From NCBI GenBank assembly GCA_030429705.1, contig JAUIES010000002.1, positions 1 through 64,000 on the forward strand: a stretch of 64,000 bases of DNA, given 5' to 3'. The position numbers and the translations under genes are program-made. Shown in pieces: positions 38,342 through 46,416 of this stretch. Origin of the DNA: Phycisphaerae bacterium. Lineage in GTDB: Bacteria > Planctomycetota > Phycisphaerae > Phycisphaerales > UBA1924. The notes under the pieces are model-generated. The model was given only the letters and a program-made list of their open reading frames with translations. It had not been told where the DNA came from and made no database searches. Within the stretch, counting starts at the first letter, position 1. The number at the start of each line of letters is the position of its first letter.

Positions 38342-39451
38342 TCATTGACCGTGCCACTCGGTGGATCTCCTTCGATGAAATGTGCCCAAAACGATCATAA
38401 CGCCGCAACACATGGTGTTTGATGGAGCCGGAATCACTGACGCTAAACGGAATCCTTCGATCCCACCGGGTAGAGCTACACCTGAAATGTCGATGTGATC
38501 CCAATAATCTGGCGAATATCCAAATCGATGTGATCCATATGTGGATAGCACGAGATAATCCCAAGGTCCTGTAGGCTCGAAAACGAGTTCGCTTGACCCC
38601 CCCGACCCATCAAAGAGCCCCCACGGGCTCATGACATTGGTGTATGACCCGACATCGACATAGTGGGCTCCCGGTTCACCGGAATCGAGTCCGGCATCGG
38701 TCTCGCCACCATCTTCTGGATAGCCTGGGATGAGCGGGGTATCCGAACCATCCGGGTACAACCAATACCCCCCCTGTCCAGCACCATGACGGTTCGGGTC
38801 GTAGTGCATCGCCTTGACCCATTCATCCGCCGTCGGTAACCAGAACCGTGCGTTCGGATTGCGATTGTAATCGATGATGCCGTCAAACGAGCCGGTGTCG
38901 TACGACCACGATCGGCGCAGGTCGTAGGCACCCGTCTCAAAGTCTGACCGCTCTGTTCCCTTGTCATTATGCAGCCAGTTACAGAATCGGAGGGCGAACT
39001 CCCAGCCGATTTCCTGTGCTCGGTTGTCGGCACCTGAGCGGGGTGTGTAGTACACCGAACCATCCGGGTTTTCACGCCGCCGACCAAAGCGACCGGTCAG
39101 CCCGGACTGATGCGTAATCCAGTTTGGAACATGCGGCGCGTACGCCGTTGCGAACTCAGCCCACTGCGAAGCGGTCACTTCGGTCTTGGCCATGCGGTAC
39201 TTGTAGTTCACAGCACCGACCTGCGTACCAGCATCGGGGGCCGTGGTTCTCGTGTGGGCCGCATTGCCCGGGTCACCAATCGTCGCCCATTGCCAGTCAT
39301 AATCCGGCGGCACCGGTCCTGCGAGGGCGAGCGGCGATGCGACCGTCAATAGCCCGATTGCTATCGCGATAAAGTGCCTCGATGAAACCAGGCTTGAATC
39401 ATTCGTTCGGCACTCGACTGTCCATCCTGCAGTGTGCGTCCTCTTCATCAT
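38342..39451 (-). CDS. FGE-sulfatase/SUMF1-like domain protein, tandem paralog, PEP-CTERM-like tail
   Basis: Paralogous motifs (YRMAKTEVTASQW; FWLPTADEWVKAMHYDP; SPWGLFDGSGG). C-terminus VIPAPSNTMCCGVMIVLGTFHRRR. Start set at MMKRT... before the signal peptide. Confidence 0.6.
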   Translation of the reverse strand: MMKRTHTAGWTVECRTNDSSLVSSRHFIAIAIGLLTVASPLALAGPVPPDYDWQWATIGDPGNAAHTRTTAPDAGTQVGAVNYKYRMAKTEVTASQWAEFATAYAPHVPNWITHQSGLTGRFGRRRENPDGSVYYTPRSGADNRAQEIGWEFALRFCNWLHNDKGTERSDFETGAYDLRRSWSYDTGSFDGIIDYNRNPNARFWLPTADEWVKAMHYDPNRHGAGQGGYWLYPDGSDTPLIPGYPEDGGETDAGLDSGEPGAHYVDVGSYTNVMSPWGLFDGSGGSSELVFEPTGPWDYLVLSTYGSHRFGYSPDYWDHIDISGVALPGGIEGFRLASVIPAPSNTMCCGVMIVLGTFHRRRSTEWHGQ

Positions 39452-39938
39452 TGTGGCTCCTTCCGTGAAGCATTCTCTCCACTGTACCAATCTTCCGATC
39501 CCACACAATCCCCAGAACGATGGTTCTGCGTTAAGTTTGACAGCAAGACACGCTCCCTTTGTTCGGTCAGTTCGTTCGGAAGCGACCAGCATGGCTGTCA
39601 CCCATGTCGTCGAGTCAACAAAGTAGAGTGGCTAAGGAACAACTCCTCATGGATTTGCCTGTATCACCTGTTTTCTCAAAAACGGCTCAAGTTGGCTGCT
39701 GAGACGGGCTCCCGGACTTCTCGGCCCCACCCGGAATGGATGGCACAGTCGACCGGCACCGATCGAGCGGCTCGGCAAACGACCGCGCATCGGTGGGGGA
39801 ATGTCCAGATCAGCGTTTATAGCCGGCAAACGCGGGTGCTGCGCAACAGTTGCGGGCGATGGAACGATCATTGATCGCCCAAGCGCTCCGATCCATCGGT
39901 ATGGAATAGCAAAACAGCGACGATTTGCCCCGCCATGT

Positions 39939-40064
39939 CGATGGTTTGCTCCTCTGTATCGATACTGTGCTCCTCCATGTCGATATCGCGCTCCTATTTG
40001 TCGATGGATTGCTCCAATCTCGCGATGATTTGGCCCACTGGATCGATCATCAGCCGCTCCACCA
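39939..40064. repeat. six tandem degenerate 21-bp repeats (consensus CGATnnnTTGCTCCTCnnTGT)
   Basis: Units begin at 39939, 39960, 39981, 40002, 40023 and 40044. Located in the long C/A-rich leader upstream of the 40679 gene. Confidence 0.7.
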
Positions 40065-40678
40065 GACGATCAGACGACGATCAACCGCGCACAAATCGCG
40101 CATGTGCCCGATCGTCATCGTCATCGCCCAAGGACCGAGAATCGACACACCCTCGCGAACGCACCAGATGGGGGGGAATCGAGCGCCAACCGGGCTTCAC
40201 AACCACACGCCCACACACGATCCCGCATCACTCCGCGACCTCCGCGCCCTTTGCGCCCCTCTGCGTACCAAGTCGCCAACCCGACGCGCCGAAGACGGCG
40301 GGTCCGGGCACTGGCCAGTCTTCTTGACGATGGGGGTACGCCCTTGCGTCTCGATCATGGCCTTGCAGAGCCAAGACCATGACACCCCGCCGAGATCAGG
40401 ACGCACCCCCTCCGACCGTCGCTGCGCTCGGCCACCTCCCCCGGCAGGACCGGGGGAGGGAAACAGGCACGCCCGGCGCATCACGCCTCGATCTCCGCGG
40501 CCCTTCGCAACTTCGCATTCGCATCACCCAGCAGCAACCAGCCGTCCGCCCGGGCACGCTCCTACCCTGCCTCATGGGTCGAAGGAACGCCAGCACAGTC
40601 GCCACCGCCAACACCGATGGCACGGTCTCGCTCAAGGTCTGCACCGACCGGAAAAAAAAGAAAATCAAGCACTCCAAG

Positions 40679-43069
40679 ATGGGCAAGCGGCGGGCCGCCG
40701 TGCTCATCGGGCTCCATGTCCTGATCGCGCTCCATGTGGCGATCTGGATGGCCATGGGCAAAACCGTGTCGCCCGTCGAGCCGAGTGAGTCGATGGAGAC
40801 GCTCGAGAACGGGCTCGTCAACGCGGGCTTCGTGTTCTTTGTCCTCGCAATCCTGTCAACGGCGATTTTTGGCCGGTTCGTCTGCGGCTGGGGCTGTCAC
40901 ATTGTCGCCTTGCAGGACCTGTGCCGGTGGATGATGCTCAAGATCGGCATCCACCCCAAGCCGTTCCGGGCACGCCTGCTCGGCTTCGTCCCGCTCGGGC
41001 TGGCCCTCTACATGTTCGTCTGGCCCAACTTTAAACGGTTCATCGTTTTTCCAGCAATGGAAGCCGCCGCCATGAGCCCCCCCGAATGGCTCAAGGCCGT
41101 GCCCACGCCGACCGGCTTCGAGAACGATTTCATCATCGAAGATTTCTGGGCGACTTTCCCCGCGTGGTTCATCGCGATCCCGTTTCTGCTCATTGTCGGT
41201 TTCGCCAGCGTGTACTTTCTGGGTGCCAAAGGCTTCTGTTTTTATGGCTGCCCCTACGGCGGGTTCTTTGCCCCGGTTGACAAGATCAGCCCCGTTCGCA
41301 TTCGCGTGACCGATGCCTGCGAAGGGTGCGGGCACTGCACCGCGGTGTGTTCATCCAATGTACGCGTCCACGAAGAGGTTCACGCATTCGGCATGGTCAC
41401 CGATCCGGGCTGCATGAAGTGCCTCGATTGCGTGAGTGTCTGTCCCAACGACGCGCTCTATGTCGGTCTTGGCAAACCGGCGATCCTCGCGAAGCCGGTC
41501 AGTGACGAAGCGCGAACAGACTGGGCCCAGATCAGCGAGCGCCGACAGCGTCGCGCCGATCTCTCGCTCGGCGAAGAAGTAATCGTCATCGCCGCGTTTC
41601 TCATCATGTTCTTTGGCTTCCGCGGCATGCTCGAGAGCGTCCCCATGCTCATGGCGGTCGGCATGGCGGGGATCGGCGCGTTCGGCGTCTGGAAGTCGCT
41701 CGAAGTTATCAGAAAGCAGAACGCTCGCTTCAACAAGCTCCAGCTCAAGCGGGGGGGCAAAGTCGCCGCGAGCGGGTTCGTGTTCGTCGTCCTGACGGCA
41801 GCCGCACTCGCCGCAGCGATCTGGAGCGGCACCGTCCAGTGGCATCGCTGGCAGGGCGATCTGATCGCTGCGCGCGTCAAAGTCCCGTCGGCTCTGGCGA
41901 TGCAACCCGGTTTCGCAGCCGCCCCAATCGATGTTGAACACGCCGAAGAAGCCTTGCGTCACTACACCGCCGCCGACAGCCCTGCCAACGGCGGGTTCGG
42001 CTGGCGTTTGACACCCGACGAGTTGCTCCGCGTCGCCTATCTGCAGGTTGTGCGCGGCGATCTGGTCGCTGCCGAGCAGGCCATGCACGAGATCGTTGAC
42101 AAAGGCAACCCCACCAGCGGGCTTATCTTGCAACTCGCCGATCTGATGAGAGCAAGCGGGTCAGATGAAGTCGAAATCGCAGCGATGCTCGGTGATGCGT
42201 TGACCAGGCACGAGGACATGCACACACTGCGCCGGCAGATCGCCTTGCGTGCATCGGCTGCGGAAGGTATGGAGATCGCGGAAGGTGTCTGGGATGCCGC
42301 ACCCCCAGAAGTGCGCGAAGACCCGTGGTTCTTTATCGAACGCGCCCGGTACTGGCTCGCCCTTGGGTCGGTCCCCCGGGCGCAGCAGGCGATGGACACC
42401 GCGATGAGCATGCTCGGCTCTGACCGCCACAGCCGCATCGCCTGGATTGAACTCGCCGAGATGTCCGCGAGCGTCGGCGGCACGCGCGTCACGGCATGCG
42501 TTGACAAGGCGATTGCCACCAACCCACACGACCCGGCGACCTGCTTGCGTATCGCGGGCTTGCTGCTCCAGACCGATCGCATGGTCGAAGGTCGGCTCTG
42601 GCTCGAACGCGGCGTCGAACACAACGAAACACCGGTCGGGGTCCTCGTAACCGCCGCTCGAATTCATGCTCAGTTATCAGAAATCGAGCGCACCAATGAA
42701 CTGATGAACCGCGCGATCGCTCGGGCCGATGGTTCGCCTTGGGAACTCGCCCAGGTGGGGGCCGATCTCGCCGGTCTCGGCCAGGCACTGCGCCGTGCCG
42801 ACATGATCGATCAAGGCATCGAACTCGTGGAACGGGCATCCGCTTTGAAACCTGGCTCGGCAGCATTGATGGAACGCGTCGCGATCTTGTACGCCAATCT
42901 CGAACGGTTTGCAGAGGCTGCCGATACCATGGCCGAAGCCGCCAAACGCGCTCCCGCAAGCGTGCTCTTGGCAGAGCGGGCCGCCGAGCTCTACGCCCAT
43001 ATCGACAACGAGTCAGAATCCACATTCTGGCGCGCTGAAGCCGACCGCCGACGCGCCGCTGGCCCGTGA
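40679..43069 (+). CDS. NapH/MauN-like polyferredoxin membrane protein (4Fe-4S clusters) fused to a long TPR region
   Basis: TM helices. Cys motifs CGWGCH, CFYGCPYG, CEGCGHCTAVC, CMKCLDCVSVCP. About 450 aa of TPR-like repeats. Confidence 0.75.
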   Translation: MGKRRAAVLIGLHVLIALHVAIWMAMGKTVSPVEPSESMETLENGLVNAGFVFFVLAILSTAIFGRFVCGWGCHIVALQDLCRWMMLKIGIHPKPFRARLLGFVPLGLALYMFVWPNFKRFIVFPAMEAAAMSPPEWLKAVPTPTGFENDFIIEDFWATFPAWFIAIPFLLIVGFASVYFLGAKGFCFYGCPYGGFFAPVDKISPVRIRVTDACEGCGHCTAVCSSNVRVHEEVHAFGMVTDPGCMKCLDCVSVCPNDALYVGLGKPAILAKPVSDEARTDWAQISERRQRRADLSLGEEVIVIAAFLIMFFGFRGMLESVPMLMAVGMAGIGAFGVWKSLEVIRKQNARFNKLQLKRGGKVAASGFVFVVLTAAALAAAIWSGTVQWHRWQGDLIAARVKVPSALAMQPGFAAAPIDVEHAEEALRHYTAADSPANGGFGWRLTPDELLRVAYLQVVRGDLVAAEQAMHEIVDKGNPTSGLILQLADLMRASGSDEVEIAAMLGDALTRHEDMHTLRRQIALRASAAEGMEIAEGVWDAAPPEVREDPWFFIERARYWLALGSVPRAQQAMDTAMSMLGSDRHSRIAWIELAEMSASVGGTRVTACVDKAIATNPHDPATCLRIAGLLLQTDRMVEGRLWLERGVEHNETPVGVLVTAARIHAQLSEIERTNELMNRAIARADGSPWELAQVGADLAGLGQALRRADMIDQGIELVERASALKPGSAALMERVAILYANLERFAEAADTMAEAAKRAPASVLLAERAAELYAHIDNESESTFWRAEADRRRAAGP

Positions 43070-43092
43070 TCGCCCGGCAAACACACTTGTGA

Positions 43093-44028
43093 CTACCACT
43101 GCCTGCGATAGGCCGTGTGGCAGCGGATGCACGAATCACCGAGCATCAGAAGTGCTTCGTCGGCTGCCTTCATTCGACCTGACCGAACCGCTCGTTCAAC
43201 TCGATTGGCGAGTTCGACGGCGAGATTCATCTCCGTCGTAAATCCCGGTTCCGTTCGTTTCGCCTGCTCTTGCGATGCGCGCAGCAAGTCATGCACCGCA
43301 CCCGCTTCTGCTGCCGCCGATCGGTCGGGGTCATTTTCAAACGCCTGCCAGTCGTTCGTTGCAATGCGATCGAGCATGTCAAAGTGTGACTCCAGTTGCG
43401 ACATGATCTGTTGCAACTCGCCTGGTTGCGCAACCTCAAGCAAGGTGCCCTCCCAGGCATCGATCTCCGATTGTTCAATACGCCCCGCGTTGCTGACAGC
43501 GTCAAACAACCCGGGATACGCCCGAGATGTGCCGGCTTGAACAAGAAACGCGTGTCCGGCGGTCGGCGTCAACTCGCCAAGGGCAACCATGGCTGCCGCT
43601 GCTGCTGCCGGCCCTCTGTGTTTGCCGTGGTGACAGTGGACATACACCGGTCCATCAGCGTCACGCAAAGCACGCGACATGGCGATCAACTGTTCGTCGG
43701 TCAAGCCGGCATATTGAATCGGGAGGTGGATCGATCGCATCCCGCGAGCGTGAAGCTGCGTAAGTTCAGGCACGCCCGCATCAACGGCGATCACCGTGCG
43801 CACGCCCAGCGATGCCAACGCATCGAACCCGGCCTCACCCTCTGGCACACCACCGGTCCACACTCGATCTGAAAGCCGAAACACATTGTCAATGCCGTTC
43901 AGAGGCTCGATCGCCACGGCTGACACATCGGTACGATCGCCCGGATGACCAGTGTGGTGAGCGCACGATGCAACCAATGAAGCCGCCACACAGGTGCAGA
44001 CAGCAAACCGACAGCGTCGTCTGTTCAT
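43093..44028 (-). CDS. secreted/lipoprotein dual-specificity phosphatase-like domain fused to a C-terminal CxxCH (cytochrome c'-like) helical domain
   Basis: CX5R loop VHCHHGKHRG. C-terminal helical region ending LGDSCIRCHTAYRRQW. Confidence 0.6.
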   Translation of the reverse strand: MNRRRCRFAVCTCVAASLVASCAHHTGHPGDRTDVSAVAIEPLNGIDNVFRLSDRVWTGGVPEGEAGFDALASLGVRTVIAVDAGVPELTQLHARGMRSIHLPIQYAGLTDEQLIAMSRALRDADGPVYVHCHHGKHRGPAAAAAAMVALGELTPTAGHAFLVQAGTSRAYPGLFDAVSNAGRIEQSEIDAWEGTLLEVAQPGELQQIMSQLESHFDMLDRIATNDWQAFENDPDRSAAAEAGAVHDLLRASQEQAKRTEPGFTTEMNLAVELANRVERAVRSGRMKAADEALLMLGDSCIRCHTAYRRQW

Positions 44029-44190
44029 TTGACCCGTGCTCAACAAACCCATGCTCCATCGTGACATGATGACCATGGTACCACCGACAGCATCCAGCGT
44101 TGCACGCAGCCTGTGTCAGGTGCCTAGACCATAAAGAAAGGCACCCGGATGAACCGGGTGCCTTTGAAGAATCAGCCGATGTCTATTCGA

Positions 44191-44622
44191 CTATGGACAG
44201 CCCGCGGCGAAGAGGCCGAGGTAGATCTGTACATCGAAGAAATCGTACACCGTGTCATTGTTCATGTCGGCTGCCGGCTGCATCGCTGTAAACGCGTTCA
44301 GGAATGCGAGCACATCGAAAAAGTCGAGCGTACCGAACGGCTCGACAAAGTCGGCACCCGAGCACGGACCGACACCCGTTGCACCAGGCCAGAACCCGCC
44401 GCTCAGACTGAAAGCACCGCCAACAAGCGGCTCGGACGCGTCGGCCTGACCGAGTGTGCCGGCGAGTGTAAACGGTCCTCCGGTTGCGACCATGATCCCG
44501 CCGCCGTCAATGGTGTGCCATGAGAGATCGAACGGTCCACCCGTTTGAGCCGATGCAGCCGAAGGCATCACGCACAAGGCAATCAGCGCGATCATGGCAT
44601 GGAACAGTTTGAAACTTTTCAT
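44191..44622 (-). CDS. small secreted protein with GC-type dockerin-like C-terminus
   Basis: Signal peptide. Two dockerin-like segments (DFFDVLAFLNAF; DMNNDTVYDFFDVQIYLGLF). Terminal AAGCP. Confidence 0.55.
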   Translation of the reverse strand: MKSFKLFHAMIALIALCVMPSAASAQTGGPFDLSWHTIDGGGIMVATGGPFTLAGTLGQADASEPLVGGAFSLSGGFWPGATGVGPCSGADFVEPFGTLDFFDVLAFLNAFTAMQPAADMNNDTVYDFFDVQIYLGLFAAGCP

Positions 44623-44652
44623 GAGTTCCCTCCTTTCAGAAGGTTGATTGCC

Positions 44653-46125
44653 TTACTTGCCGCCGGACACCTGCTCTTCAACGACCGCATCGACACGAGC
44701 CTTCAGTTCAGCTAGTTGCCGCTGCATCTCAGCGTTCTGGGCTTCGAGTTCGGCGCGGTGGCGAGCAAACTCGGCATCGCGTTCAGCCATGATCTCTGCA
44801 TAGTTCATCCCCGGAAGACCAGCACCAAACTGTCCTGCGGACCGATCGTTGTTGGGGAAGTTCGATTCGACCACGCCATAAGCCGTGGGAATGTACACAA
44901 GTGTCAGGTTGATGTCCCAGAAGTTTTGCCCAGGATAGGCAGCGCCAAACGCGCCCCCCGCGTTAAAATAGAAAGTGTGCGTACCCGCAGCAACTTCGAA
45001 CAGACCGTGCGCCGATGCCGGAATGTCGAAGGACCCAGTACCTGACAAACCAGCCGGAAGTCGTACTTGCACATCCTGATTACTCGGCAGCGAAGTGGCG
45101 CTATCCGAGACACCGAACATGTAGTCAACCAATGATCCACTATAACTCACTTGGAAATCGGCCTGCGCCAGTACAAGTACATAGCCATCAGCAGGTACAG
45201 TGATCGAACGACTTGTGAGTGTGGCCAGAGTTCCGTCACTGGGAATGCTGACGACACCGGCCTGCGCGTTCGCCGCGCCTGCTTCGTTCAGGATTTCGGT
45301 GGAGTTGACCGCGCCCCCCGGAAGCGCAAGCGAATCATCGCCGATCAGGTTGGTATTAAACACCATGCCACTCATAGACCCGACGATGGATAATTCGCCG
45401 CTGAGTCCTGCGCCGGCGGCGCCATCCCAAATCAAAGATCCAATGCCGCCTTCCCACAAACCGAACACACCTTCATCGTCAACATCAGCCTCAAGCACGC
45501 CGATGAAGGCGCCATTCTCATCTCTCACCCACATGGCCCCGCCAAAATCACTACCTTGGTTTTTCAACTCGACGATCGGAGCCAGAGTGTTGATGTCGGA
45601 GTCCCACAGATTGAGGAGGCCTGTGGTGTCATCGGTCCCAACATTCAACACGCCGTCAACCGCCACTGGCCCAACATTTGAGTTGAAGATTCGCGCACCA
45701 TTCTGGAATGCATCATCCAGCGAGTTGCCTGAACGCCAGGCATACTGCGATGTCGGTGCGGCGGTCACTGGCTGACGCGGTCCGAGGATGGTGTAGTTAC
45801 CCGTCGTTCCCTGACGCACTCCGATCTCGATGTAGCGATCAGCATCCGTCGCCAGCACACCGCTGAAATCGAGATCGTCAAAGGTAAAACGCCCTTCGTC
45901 TTCGGTCACAAAATTCTTCTGACGCGTTTGCGTGGCGAGCAGGTTCCCTCCTGCAGCCGCGTCAAAAATGCGGAACCGAATCTGGTGCACACCAGCAGCC
46001 GCATCGCCGCCAGAATCGAGCACGCCTTGATAAGTCGTATCGGCGATCAACTGAGCATCTGCATGCGAAGCCAAGCCGGCAAGCCCGATCAAGGCCGTCG
46101 CCAAAAGTGCGCGAGAATGATTCAT
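44653..46125 (-). CDS. secreted hypothetical protein with C-terminal coiled coil
   Basis: Signal peptide MNHSRALLATALIGLAGLASHADA. No family recognised. Confidence 0.55.
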   Translation of the reverse strand: MNHSRALLATALIGLAGLASHADAQLIADTTYQGVLDSGGDAAAGVHQIRFRIFDAAAGGNLLATQTRQKNFVTEDEGRFTFDDLDFSGVLATDADRYIEIGVRQGTTGNYTILGPRQPVTAAPTSQYAWRSGNSLDDAFQNGARIFNSNVGPVAVDGVLNVGTDDTTGLLNLWDSDINTLAPIVELKNQGSDFGGAMWVRDENGAFIGVLEADVDDEGVFGLWEGGIGSLIWDGAAGAGLSGELSIVGSMSGMVFNTNLIGDDSLALPGGAVNSTEILNEAGAANAQAGVVSIPSDGTLATLTSRSITVPADGYVLVLAQADFQVSYSGSLVDYMFGVSDSATSLPSNQDVQVRLPAGLSGTGSFDIPASAHGLFEVAAGTHTFYFNAGGAFGAAYPGQNFWDINLTLVYIPTAYGVVESNFPNNDRSAGQFGAGLPGMNYAEIMAERDAEFARHRAELEAQNAEMQRQLAELKARVDAVVEEQVSGGK

Positions 46126-46416
46126 AACTCGTCTCCTTTAACTAAAATTTGGGCTCTCGACTGCCCGTTTGCTAGCACGACCCAGCATCCGATTGAGAAC
46201 ACAACCAGACTGACCCAACACTAGACCAGATCGTACATGTGCCATTAGAGCGAAAAACGGCATCACGAGTCATTCAAAAAGCCGCAATGGGGAGCAAATC
46301 TACAGTTTTGGCCCTGAATTAGCGTACCGCACTCCCAAAAATAGGTGGTTGTTTTCTCTAAATTCTCATCGCATCGAGAAGACCGCAAGTCGCCGTCTGA
46401 AGGCAAAACACTCGAG

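Noticed and set aside
39925-40788. 287-aa ORF with an N-terminal heptad-like VDGLLLC/IDTVLLH repeat
   Set aside because: The remainder is a P/R/H-rich low-complexity read-through of a GC-rich leader. The periodicity comes from the 21-bp DNA repeat.
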